From: an uncultured Merdimonas sp.
Lineage (GTDB): Bacteria; Bacillota; Clostridia; Lachnospirales; Lachnospiraceae
Direction of reading: 5' to 3'
Assembly (NCBI GenBank): GCA_944375725.1
Contig: CALWAZ010000090.1
Location: forward strand, 4,342 to 68,341
Length of the DNA stretch: 64,000 nt
Part shown: piece after piece, positions 39,972 through 48,845 of the stretch
Layout: every line of letters begins with the position of its first letter
Position numbering within the stretch: position 1 is the stretch's first letter
Notes under the pieces: model-generated
What the model was told of the DNA's origin: nothing
Seen by the model: only the letters and a program-made list of their open reading frames with translations
Database searches by the model: none
Program-made: the position numbers and the translations under genes

Positions 39972-39984
39972 GCGGTGGGTTTAA

Positions 39985-40470
39985 ATGAGACAGAGACAGC
40001 CAGGAAAAGCTGAGGAGAAATCAGGCGACATTAAGCGCGCGAGACACCGGGCTCTCCATATTCTGGAGCGCAGCGACAGGACGGAGAAGGAGCTTCGCGC
40101 GAAGCTGGAGCAGAATTATAAGCCGGAAGCTGTGGAGGATGCGGTGGCTTATGTGAAAAAATACCGTTACCTGGACGACGTGCGGTATACGGTAAACTAT
40201 CTGAACAGCCGCGGACGGGTCAAGAGCCGCCGACAGGTGGAGCAGGAGCTTCTTTACAAAAAGGGAATTTCAAAGGAGATTCTTGAGGAAGCTCTTCAGG
40301 AGGCAGAGCCCCAGGATGAGCGGGAGCAGATCCGGCGCTGGATGGAGAAAAAACAGATTCATCCGGAGACAGCGAGTCAGGACGAGCTGCGGAAGTTTTA
40401 TCTGTTTCTGATGCGCAGAGGGTTCCGAAGCGAGGATATTTTAAGCGAGATAAGGGTTACTGCGTCCTGA
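39985..40470 (+). CDS. recX: Regulatory protein RecX
   Basis: RTEKELR.KL, YLDD..Y, L..KGI, LMRRGF; follows recA. Confidence 0.9.
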   Translation: MRQRQPGKAEEKSGDIKRARHRALHILERSDRTEKELRAKLEQNYKPEAVEDAVAYVKKYRYLDDVRYTVNYLNSRGRVKSRRQVEQELLYKKGISKEILEEALQEAEPQDEREQIRRWMEKKQIHPETASQDELRKFYLFLMRRGFRSEDILSEIRVTAS

Positions 40471-40511
40471 TTTTCAGGAAGCCGTGATTGGAAAATACGA
40501 AGTTTCAGGAT

Positions 40512-40557
40512 AAAAAGGGGCGGGACCTCGGAACGTGAGGTTACCCGCCCTGTTTTT
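40512..40557. terminator. Bidirectional terminator
   Basis: AAAAAGGGGCGGG...CCCGCCCTGTTTTT. Confidence 0.65.
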
Positions 40558-40596
40558 GTCCCGCAGCCGGCATTTCTGTATCCTGCGGAATGATGT

Positions 40597-42906
40597 TTAC
40601 AAAGTTTTCTGCTTTTTCCCAGCCAGAGAAAGAGCAATCTTCTCCGGCGTAATCGGAAGCTCCCGGTGCCATACTCCGGTGGCCCGGTAGATGGCATGGG
40701 TCAGAGCCGGGGCCGGAGTGTTGATTACGATTTCGCCGATGGATTTTGCGCCGAAGGGTCCGGTGGGCTCATAGCTGTGCTCAAATTCCACATGGAGATT
40801 TCCCATATCCAGACGGGTGGGAATCTTATACTGCATGAAAGAGGAACCGATGGGCCTTCCGTTGTGATCATACCGTACATCCTCCATCAGGGTATGGCCG
40901 ATTCCCTGGACGATGCCGCCCTCTGTCTGGACGCGGGCCAGAGCAGGGTTGATGGGGATGCCGCAGTCTACTACGGCCATATAGTCCAGGATGGTTACGA
41001 GGCCGGTCTCTTTGTCCAGCTCGATTTCTACCATTCCTACCATGTAAGGCGGGGGAGAGACCGGGGAGGAGTGGCTTGCGGTGGCCTCGGCTGCCTGGGT
41101 ATTGAACACCTGGGACTTATAGCCGATTTCCTCGAGACTGAGTGTTTCTTCCGTGCCCGTCCGCCGGACCTGGCGGCCTTCAAAGACCATTTCCGAGGCA
41201 TCGCAGCCCAGCATTTCCGCGGCGATGGAACAGATCCTTTCTTTCAGCTCCGCGCAGGCTTTTTCTACGGCCTTTCCTGTAATATAGGTGGTGGAAGAAG
41301 CGTAGGAACCGGAGTCGTAGGGAGAAGCGTCCGTATCCGCGCCGAAGACAGCCACGTCATCCACGTCACAGTCCAGGCATTCGGCGGCCATCTGCGCCAG
41401 AATTGTATCGCAGCCGGTTCCCATATCCGCAGCGCCGATGATCAGATTGTAAGTACCGTCCTCACTGAGCTTGATAGTGGCGGAGCCTACATCCACATGG
41501 GAGATACAGGAGCCCTGCATGGCCATGGCCACACCGGCTGCCCGCACTTTGCCGTTTCCCATATCCCGGACCGGATATTTCTCATCCCAGTGGAACATTT
41601 TCCGGCAGTGATCCATGCAGCGGTCAAGTGCGCAGGCATTGGCGGTTTCGTTATAATAGGAGGGCATTTCCATGCCTTCTTTGACCATATTTTTGTCACG
41701 GATTACAGTGGGATCCATGCCCAGCTGTTCCGCCAGCTCGTTGACAATGGTTTCCAGCGCGTAGATGCCCTGGGTGGCCCCATAGCCCCGGTAGGCTCCG
41801 GATGCCTGCAGATTGGTATAGACTACGTCATAGCTGAAACGATAGGCTTCCAGACCTCCTGTATACAGGGGAATGGCCTTGTGTCCGGACAGGCCTACCG
41901 TGGTGGGTCCGTGCTCGCCGTAGGCGCCTGTATTGGAAAGTGTGTAGAGGTCGATGCAGCGGATGCGGCCGTCTCTGTTGGCTCCCAGTCGGATGCGGAT
42001 CTCCATCTCATGGCGGGGCGAGCCTGCGATCTGGGATTCTTCCCGGGTGTAAATAAGCTTGGCGGGGCGTCCGGTCTTCAGCGTGACAAAGGCAGGGTAG
42101 ACTTCGCAGACCGCCGTCTGCTTGGCGCCGAAGCCTCCTCCGATCCGGGGCTTTTCCACACGGATCCGGCTTTTGGGAATGCCGAGAGCCTGGGACAGGA
42201 TTCTGCGGCAGTGGAACACGATCTGGGTGGAAGAAATCACATGAAGCCTGCCGTAACGGTCCAGCTCCGTGTAGGTGCGGAAGGTTTCCATCATGGTCTG
42301 GTTGAAGGCTTTTGTGTGATAAGTGCGGTCCAGGACAATCTCGCAGTCAGACAGCACAGCCTCCACGTCTCCGTCGCTGTTTACACCGCTGGCTGTCAGA
42401 TTCCTTTTGGGATCGCCGCCCACCTGGCAGGGGGGAAACCAGTCGTCCTCCGGATGGACCAGAATGGGATTATCCTTGGCCTTCCGGAAATCGAGCACAG
42501 GTTCCAGAACCTGGTATTTTACTTTAATCAGTTTCATGGCCCGGAGAGCCGCTTTTTCAGTCTCGGCCGCAATGATAGCCACAGGGTCTCCCACGAAGCG
42601 CACATGCCGGTCCAGGATCAGACGGTCATAGGGGGAAGGCTCCGGATAGGTCTGGCCTGCGATGGCAAACCGGGTTTTCGGCACGTCCTCCCAGGTGTAG
42701 ACAGCTGCTACGCCGGGGACCTTCATGGCAGTGGAAGTATGGATTTCCTGAACGATGGCATTGGCATGGGGAGAGCGCAGAAGCTTCACTACCAGCGCGC
42801 TGCCGGGGGTAATATCGTCCGTGTAGACAGGCCTGCCCAGCAGAAGCTGCATGGCGTCCTTCTTTCGGACCGGTTTATTGATAGATTTATATTCTTTTTG
42901 TTCCAT
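40597..42906 (-). CDS. Xanthine dehydrogenase-family molybdopterin-binding subunit
   Basis: RSPHANA, GGGFGAKQ, AYRGYG, GAKSIGE. Confidence 0.92.
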   Translation of the reverse strand: MEQKEYKSINKPVRKKDAMQLLLGRPVYTDDITPGSALVVKLLRSPHANAIVQEIHTSTAMKVPGVAAVYTWEDVPKTRFAIAGQTYPEPSPYDRLILDRHVRFVGDPVAIIAAETEKAALRAMKLIKVKYQVLEPVLDFRKAKDNPILVHPEDDWFPPCQVGGDPKRNLTASGVNSDGDVEAVLSDCEIVLDRTYHTKAFNQTMMETFRTYTELDRYGRLHVISSTQIVFHCRRILSQALGIPKSRIRVEKPRIGGGFGAKQTAVCEVYPAFVTLKTGRPAKLIYTREESQIAGSPRHEMEIRIRLGANRDGRIRCIDLYTLSNTGAYGEHGPTTVGLSGHKAIPLYTGGLEAYRFSYDVVYTNLQASGAYRGYGATQGIYALETIVNELAEQLGMDPTVIRDKNMVKEGMEMPSYYNETANACALDRCMDHCRKMFHWDEKYPVRDMGNGKVRAAGVAMAMQGSCISHVDVGSATIKLSEDGTYNLIIGAADMGTGCDTILAQMAAECLDCDVDDVAVFGADTDASPYDSGSYASSTTYITGKAVEKACAELKERICSIAAEMLGCDASEMVFEGRQVRRTGTEETLSLEEIGYKSQVFNTQAAEATASHSSPVSPPPYMVGMVEIELDKETGLVTILDYMAVVDCGIPINPALARVQTEGGIVQGIGHTLMEDVRYDHNGRPIGSSFMQYKIPTRLDMGNLHVEFEHSYEPTGPFGAKSIGEIVINTPAPALTHAIYRATGVWHRELPITPEKIALSLAGKKQKTL

Positions 42907-42926
42907 AGCTGTCTCCTTGCGCGCTT

Positions 42927-43394
42927 TTATGCGCGGTTCTGATTTCTGCGGTTTTCCAGATAGCTCCGGATTCCCCTCAGCTGTCCTTCATAACCGGAGC
43001 AGCGGCAGAGGTTGCCGGCAAGAAACATGCGGATCTCATCGTCGGTGGGATCGGGATTTTCCCGCAGAAGGGCGATGGTGTTCATGACAAAGCCGGGATT
43101 GCAGAAACCGCACTGGTCCGCGCCCTGATCGGCGATAAAACCGGCAAAATCAGCGGCCTCCTCCTGCAGCCCCTCCAGGGTATGAATGCTGTGGCCGGCC
43201 GCCCGGGCAGCCAGCATGGAGCAGGAGAGGATGGGACGTCCATCCAGCAGCACCGTGCAAAGTCCGCAGCCGGAGGTCTCGCAGCCTCTTTTTACGCTGT
43301 AACAGCCGTGGTTTCTTAAAAAATCTATGAGAAGCAGGCCGGGGTCGATATGATCTGTGACAGGTCTGCCATTCAGGGTAAGCTTCAGTTCCAT
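42927..43394 (-). CDS. (2Fe-2S)-binding subunit of the Mo-hydroxylase
   Basis: GCETSGCGLC, QCGFC, NLCRC. Confidence 0.92.
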   Translation of the reverse strand: MELKLTLNGRPVTDHIDPGLLLIDFLRNHGCYSVKRGCETSGCGLCTVLLDGRPILSCSMLAARAAGHSIHTLEGLQEEAADFAGFIADQGADQCGFCNPGFVMNTIALLRENPDPTDDEIRMFLAGNLCRCSGYEGQLRGIRSYLENRRNQNRA

Positions 43395-44185
43395 GTTTCC
43401 ATTCCTCCCAGTTCCAGAGCGCTGCGTTTTGCCAGTACGTTGATAAGATGGGTCCGGTAGGCGGCGCTTCCCCGGAGATTGCTTCCGGTCGGAGCCGATT
43501 CTGCCGCGCAGGCGGCGAAGGCCCGTGCGCTGTCCTCCGTAATGCCGTCCTTCAGAAGTCCCTGCCCGTCCCGGATCACCATGGCCCGGGCGGGGCGGGC
43601 GCCGATGACAGCACGGTATTCGCCTTCCACGCGGGAAAGGGCACAGGTGAGCACAGGAAAATCCGTGCGCTGATTTCGCATGGCCTGGTATACGAAAATG
43701 CCGGGCTTCTTTCTGACCAGAATCCGGACAAGAATATCATTGTCCTGTTTCATGGACGCAAAGGTTTCCAGGGGAAGGATTCCTCCCTTGTACAGCTCCA
43801 CATAGGTATCCATGGATAGAAACAGGGTCAGTACGTCAGAAAAGCCGAAACGGCCCCAGATACTGCCTCCCACGGTTGCCATGTTCCGGAACTGGACGCC
43901 TATGATGTCCCGCACTGCCCGGGCGGCGGCGCCGCAGGTGTAGGCGTTCAGGCCGGGATGAGTCTCCAGCTGGCGCAAGGTCACCATGGCGCCGATGGAA
44001 AACTCTTCATCTGTCTCTTCGATGGCGTCCAGGCCCAGACGGCACAGGTCGATGGCGGTGCCTATGGTATTTCGCGCCATTTTCATCCAGAGCATGCCGC
44101 CGATGATGCGGCCGCTTCTTTTCTGATTCAGCTGATAAGCTTCCTCCAGGCTTTCTGCCTGGACATAATTTTGTATATTGATCAT
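43385..44185 (-). CDS. FAD-binding subunit (YgfM-like) of the Mo-hydroxylase
   Basis: IGGMLW, FRNMATVGG, GS..YR. Confidence 0.88.
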   Translation of the reverse strand: MINIQNYVQAESLEEAYQLNQKRSGRIIGGMLWMKMARNTIGTAIDLCRLGLDAIEETDEEFSIGAMVTLRQLETHPGLNAYTCGAAARAVRDIIGVQFRNMATVGGSIWGRFGFSDVLTLFLSMDTYVELYKGGILPLETFASMKQDNDILVRILVRKKPGIFVYQAMRNQRTDFPVLTCALSRVEGEYRAVIGARPARAMVIRDGQGLLKDGITEDSARAFAACAAESAPTGSNLRGSAAYRTHLINVLAKRSALELGGMETWN

Positions 44186-44438
44186 GGTATAGAGTCCTTT
44201 TCGGGCCGCTCTGGGGAGGAAACAGATGATAAAAGTTCCTTCCGCGGGAGGCCTGTGTAGATATGTACAGTGACAGCAGTAATTCAGCCATGCAGATATT
44301 CTGATAAATACAGGTGAAGTCCGCATGGCTGTCTTGAAATTTGGCAGTCCGGCGCCGCAGGCCGCTGCTTTTTGAAAGCCGCAGGGTCCAGATTCCAGGA
44401 TTCGACACCGGATTTTGACATTATTATAGCAGTATGGC

Positions 44439-44493
44439 TTGATTTTGGAAAGAGGAATTGCTATAATCCCGTTGTAGTTTTAAAACAATAACG
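44439..44493 (+). promoter_or_regulatory. Promoter with a ModE-type operator
   Basis: TTGATT-17-TATAAT (extended TG), then CGTTGT-N12-ATAACG at 44470-44493. Confidence 0.65.
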
Positions 44494-44513
44494 ATAAGGA
44501 GAACGAAGTGTTT

Positions 44514-45623
44514 ATGAAGAAAATTCTTTCCCTGCTGCTTGCTCTGGCCATGACGCTGTCTCTGGCAGCCTGCGGCCCCAATGAGTCTGCGGCAGATACC
44601 CAGCCGGCTCTTTCCGGAGAAAACGCGCAGGAAGAAACGGCAGAAAATGTGAGTGATACAGAGGAGAACGCTTCCGCTGCAAGCGCGGAAGATGAGTCTT
44701 ACCAGACTGCTTATCCTGTCACGGTGACCGATCAGGCAGGCCGTGAAGTGACCATTGAGGAAGAGCCCCAGAAGCTGGTCAGCGGATATTATATTTCCAC
44801 CAGCCTTCTGATTGCTCTGGGACTGGAGGACAGGCTGGTGGGAATCGAGGCCAAGGCGGATACCCGTCCCATCTATCAGCTCAGCGCTCCCGAGCTTCTG
44901 GACCTTCCAAGTGTGGGGACCGCAAAGGAGTTTGATCTGGAGGGCTGCGCGGCTCTGGAGCCGGATCTGGTGATTCTTCCGCTTAAGCTTCAGGAATCTG
45001 CGGATACGCTGGAAGAGCTGGGCATTACCGCCCTGGTAGTGAATCCGGAGGATCAGGACCTTTTGCATGAGACCATAGAGCTGGTGGGAACCGCGACCAA
45101 CACAGAGGAGAAAGCCCAGTCCCTTCTGGACTTTGCGGAGGAGCAGGAAGCCCGCCTTGCGGAGGCGCTGGCCGGTGTGGAGACACCCAGCGTCTATCTG
45201 GCAGGAAATTCCGATCTTCTGTCCACAGCGGGAGACGCCATGTACCAGTCGGATATGATCCGGATGGCAGGAGGCGTAAACGCGGCGGCTGAGATTACGG
45301 ATACCTACTGGGCAGAGATAAGCTATGAGCAGCTTCTTGCCTGGGATCCGGATTATATCGTGCTGGCGTCTGACGCGGACTACACAGTGGATGATGTCCT
45401 GGCTGATCAGAATCTGGCGGACTGTACTGCTGTGGTAAATGGAGCGGTATATCAGATTCCCGGAGACGCGGAAGCTTGGGACAGCCCTGTTCCCAGCGGT
45501 ATCCTGGGAGCGGTATGGCTTTCCTCCATCCTTCATCCGGAAGAGTGTCCGGAGGCAGACAGCGCGGCGGTGATAGATGGATACTATGAGACTTTCTATG
45601 GCTTTACCTACAGTGAAAATTAG
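44514..45623 (+). CDS. Type II ABC substrate-binding lipoprotein (FepB/BtuF fold; likely molybdate/tungstate)
   Basis: Lipobox LAAC, YPVTVTDQAGR.VTI, L.PDLVI, ISYEQLLAWDPD. Confidence 0.85.
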   Translation: MKKILSLLLALAMTLSLAACGPNESAADTQPALSGENAQEETAENVSDTEENASAASAEDESYQTAYPVTVTDQAGREVTIEEEPQKLVSGYYISTSLLIALGLEDRLVGIEAKADTRPIYQLSAPELLDLPSVGTAKEFDLEGCAALEPDLVILPLKLQESADTLEELGITALVVNPEDQDLLHETIELVGTATNTEEKAQSLLDFAEEQEARLAEALAGVETPSVYLAGNSDLLSTAGDAMYQSDMIRMAGGVNAAAEITDTYWAEISYEQLLAWDPDYIVLASDADYTVDDVLADQNLADCTAVVNGAVYQIPGDAEAWDSPVPSGILGAVWLSSILHPEECPEADSAAVIDGYYETFYGFTYSEN

Positions 45624-46578
45624 ACTTTTGTGCGCAGCCGGAGTGATCCTGATGACCGCTCTGGCTGCTGCCAGTTTATTTGTGGGAAAATACCCCCTGA
45701 CGCTGGAAGGAATTCTCGGCGGAGATGCCATGCAGCTGAGAGTATTCTGGACGCTCCGGGCCAGCCGCGCCGCAGCAGGCGTCATCGGCGGCTTTGCGCT
45801 GGGTGTGGCAGGCTTTGTCTACCAGACGGTGTTCCGCAATCCTCTGGCATCCCCGGATGTAATCGGGGTTTCTTCTGGCGCCAGCGCGGGAGCGGCGGCC
45901 GGAATTTTGTTTCTGTCCGGAGCTGCCGCGGTGACGGCTTCCGCCTTTGCGGGCGCTCTGGCGGCAGTGGTTCTGGCCCTGGCGCTTTCTTCCCTGGACC
46001 GGGCCGGAAGGAACAGCACGATCGTGCTGGCAGGCATCGCGGTCCATTCGCTGGCCCAGACTGCGCTTATGTGTCTGAAGCTTACTGCCGATCCGGAACG
46101 GGAGCTGGCTTCCATCGAATACTGGATCATGGGGAGTCTGAACGGAATCAGCGGCTATTCCATCGGCGCAAATCTGCTCCTGTGTTTTCTGTGCCTTGTT
46201 ATCCTGTTTCTTCTGCACCGCCAGATTCTTCTTCTGTCCGCGGAGGAAGGGGAGGCCAGGATGCTGGGCGCAGATGTGGGGAGGCTGCGTCTCGCGGTGC
46301 TGCTGACCGCGACTCTGGCAGTCTCCTGTATCGTGAGTCTGTCCGGCCTTATCAGCTTTGTGGGACTGCTGGCGCCTCACGGCGCCAGACTTCTGACGAA
46401 GCGGAACAGTATCGGCACCATGCTGCTGGGAGGACTTCTGGGGAGTATTCTTCTGACGGGAGCCGACATCCTTGCCAGGAGTGTCTCCTCCACAGAGCTT
46501 CCGGTCAGCATCTTTACCAGTCTTCTGGGAGCGCCGTTTCTGATTTTTCTGATTATCCGTAGGAGGCAGAACGCATGA
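45577..46578 (+). CDS. FecCD/BtuC-family ABC permease (start uncertain, possibly 45613)
   Basis: RNPLASPDVIGVSSGA, FVGLLAPH, G.PF. Confidence 0.9.
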   Translation: MDTMRLSMALPTVKIRLLCAAGVILMTALAAASLFVGKYPLTLEGILGGDAMQLRVFWTLRASRAAAGVIGGFALGVAGFVYQTVFRNPLASPDVIGVSSGASAGAAAGILFLSGAAAVTASAFAGALAAVVLALALSSLDRAGRNSTIVLAGIAVHSLAQTALMCLKLTADPERELASIEYWIMGSLNGISGYSIGANLLLCFLCLVILFLLHRQILLLSAEEGEARMLGADVGRLRLAVLLTATLAVSCIVSLSGLISFVGLLAPHGARLLTKRNSIGTMLLGGLLGSILLTGADILARSVSSTELPVSIFTSLLGAPFLIFLIIRRRQNA

Positions 46579-47393
46579 GTTTTTTTAAAGTGGAAGATTT
46601 GACAGCCGGTTACGGCGGGAGACCTGTGGTTGAGAAAATTTCCTTTGAGCTGGAAGAAGGTTCTCTTCTGGGACTTCTGGGAGCCAATGGAAGCGGAAAG
46701 ACCACACTCCTGAAAGCCATATGCGGGATTCTGCCCCATCAGGGCAGCTGTGTGCTGGAGGGAACCCGTCTGGAGAAGCTGCCGCCCCGGCAGCTTGCCA
46801 GACTGTGCAGCTATATTCCCCAGCGCAGCGGCATCTCCATCGACATTTCGCTTCTGGATGTGGTATTGATGGGCTTTAACCCGAGACTGGGCCTTCTGGA
46901 GCATCCCTCTGCCCAAATGAAGGAAAAAGCCCGGCAGGCCCTGGCACAGACCGGGCTTGAAGAGCGGGCGGAGGATAATTATCTCCAGCTGAGCGAGGGG
47001 CAGAAGCAGCTCTGCATACTGGCCCGCACGCTGGCAGCGGAAGGAAGGTTTCTTCTTCTGGATGAGCCGGAGAGCGCCCTGGATTTCCGCCACCGCTACC
47101 GGATGCTGGAGCTTCTGCGGGACTGGCTCAGAGGAGGGGAGGATGGCGGACAGAAGAAAAGAGCAGCGGCAGCGGCTCTCCACGATCCGTCTCTTGCGCT
47201 GAACTGCTGTGACAGCCTGCTTCTGCTGTCGGAGGGGAAGATTCATGCGGTTCTGCATCCCGGCACAGATCCGCTGGAGCGTATGGAAGAGCAGCTTGCT
47301 GTCATCTACGGAAGCGTCAGCCTGCACAGATGCCGGGACAAAAGCGGCCGGGAGCAGCTGGTGATGCTGAAGGAAAACGGAGGACTGGAATGA
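46575..47393 (+). CDS. ABC ATPase (FhuC/BtuD-like)
   Basis: GANGSGKTT, LSEGQKQ, LDEPESALD. Confidence 0.9.
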   Translation: MSFFKVEDLTAGYGGRPVVEKISFELEEGSLLGLLGANGSGKTTLLKAICGILPHQGSCVLEGTRLEKLPPRQLARLCSYIPQRSGISIDISLLDVVLMGFNPRLGLLEHPSAQMKEKARQALAQTGLEERAEDNYLQLSEGQKQLCILARTLAAEGRFLLLDEPESALDFRHRYRMLELLRDWLRGGEDGGQKKRAAAAALHDPSLALNCCDSLLLLSEGKIHAVLHPGTDPLERMEEQLAVIYGSVSLHRCRDKSGREQLVMLKENGGLE

Positions 47394-47731
47394 GAGCAGC
47401 AGTCAGAATCACATTTTTGGATGAAAACGGAGAAAAGTTTTTCGGGGAAGGCCCCTGCCGCCTGCTTCATGCCGTGGACGCGACAGGTTCCCTGCGGGCG
47501 GCCGCCCAGTCTATGGGGATGGCCTATACCAAGGCTTTGAAAATAATGAAAAACGCGGAGAGGGCCCTGGGGTTTGCCCTGACAGAACGGACAGCGGGAG
47601 GAAAGGACGGCGGGGGAAGCTTTCTGACGCAGGAGGGAAAGGAGTGGCTGAAGCGGTATGAGAGCTACCGGGACGCCTGTATACAGGCTGACAGAGAACT
47701 GTATCTGGAATTCTTTCCGGAGCAGCGGTAA
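47390..47731 (+). CDS. modE: ModE-like winged-HTH regulator (N-terminal domain only)
   Basis: FFGEG..LL, TGSLRAAA..MGMAY.KA, GGKDGGGS.LT. Confidence 0.8.
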   Translation: MRAAVRITFLDENGEKFFGEGPCRLLHAVDATGSLRAAAQSMGMAYTKALKIMKNAERALGFALTERTAGGKDGGGSFLTQEGKEWLKRYESYRDACIQADRELYLEFFPEQR

Positions 47732-48845
47732 GCGGCATCTGCTCCTGACCGGGGACAGGGGAAGCGGAAAGTCGACGCTGCTTTCCAGGCTTTTAAAAAG
47801 GCTTTCTCCTGTGGGGCCTGTCCCTGGGATCAGAAGCTGGGCAGAGCCGGGAAGGGCCGTGTATATCAGGGAAAATATTTCCGGAGAGACGGTTCAGGTG
47901 GGACGCTTTGATCCTTCCATGCCTGGAAAAGAGAACAGGATGCGGCCTCTGCCGGATGGTTTTCAAAAGGCAGGCGTTCAGATACTGGACAGTCTGATGA
48001 GGCTGGAAGGTGAATGGGTCGCCATAGATGAGATTGGCTACCTGGAATCCGGCTGCCCGGAATACTGCGGCGCGGTTCGAAGACTGATGGCTCAGAAACG
48101 GCTGGCCGCCGCCGTGCGCAGTCAGGCTCTGCCGTTTCTGAATGAACTGCGCAGCCGCCCGGATGTGTTTCTGGTGAACCTGGACGCTCCTTTTGCAAAC
48201 CTGGGCTGTGTGATTATGGCTTCGGGACTTGGAAAACGCTTTGGCGGAAACAAGCTGATGGCAGATTTCCGGGGAAAACCCCTGATTCAGCATGCCCTGG
48301 ATGCCACAGAAGGGATCTTTGAACGGCGCGCGGTGGTGACACGGCACAAAGAAGTGGAAGAGCTGTGCCGCAGGCAGGGCATCCCTGTGGTCTTTCACAG
48401 TCTTCCTTACCGCAGTGATACAGTCCGCCTGGGACTGGAAAAACTTGGAGCGGGAAGCCGGGAGACAGAAGACAGGAGAGCAGAAAGAATGGGAACAGAA
48501 GGAATGGAAGCAGAAGGCGGGGAATTGGACCGCCTGGACGGCTGCCTGTTCTGTCCGGGGGATCAGCCGCTGCTTGGCTGGGATACGGTGGCTTCTCTGG
48601 CCCTCTGCGCGGCTTCTGAAAAGGAATTTATCTGGCGGGCTGCCTGGAATGGCAGGGAGGGCTCTCCGGTTCTTTTCCCCAGGTGGGCCTTCCCGGAGCT
48701 GCTGGCCCTTCCGGATGGAAAAGGCGGGGGCTTTGTGGCGGGAAGACACCGGGAAAGAATCCGGACCGTCTCTGCTGGAAGCCGCTGGGAGCTTCAGGAT
48801 GTGGACTGCCTGGAGGATCTGGAGCTGCTGCGGCAGTTATTTTAA
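47658..48845 (+). CDS. Fusion of an NTPase_1 (THEP1-like) domain and a molybdenum cofactor cytidylyltransferase (MocA-like) domain
   Basis: LTGDRGSGKST and IDEIG.LE; MASGLGKRFGGNKL, GDQP, P.LF, DVD...D. Confidence 0.82.
   Translation: MRATGTPVYRLTENCIWNSFRSSGKRHLLLTGDRGSGKSTLLSRLLKRLSPVGPVPGIRSWAEPGRAVYIRENISGETVQVGRFDPSMPGKENRMRPLPDGFQKAGVQILDSLMRLEGEWVAIDEIGYLESGCPEYCGAVRRLMAQKRLAAAVRSQALPFLNELRSRPDVFLVNLDAPFANLGCVIMASGLGKRFGGNKLMADFRGKPLIQHALDATEGIFERRAVVTRHKEVEELCRRQGIPVVFHSLPYRSDTVRLGLEKLGAGSRETEDRRAERMGTEGMEAEGGELDRLDGCLFCPGDQPLLGWDTVASLALCAASEKEFIWRAAWNGREGSPVLFPRWAFPELLALPDGKGGGFVAGRHRERIRTVSAGSRWELQDVDCLEDLELLRQLF

Noticed and set aside
40666-42942. 758-aa plus-strand ORF and other long antisense ORFs (for example 20722-22074, 27597-29141, 44424-45785, 57980-59074)
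   Set aside because: They mirror well-supported genes on the opposite strand, lack motifs and RBSs, and are expected from GC-biased codon usage.
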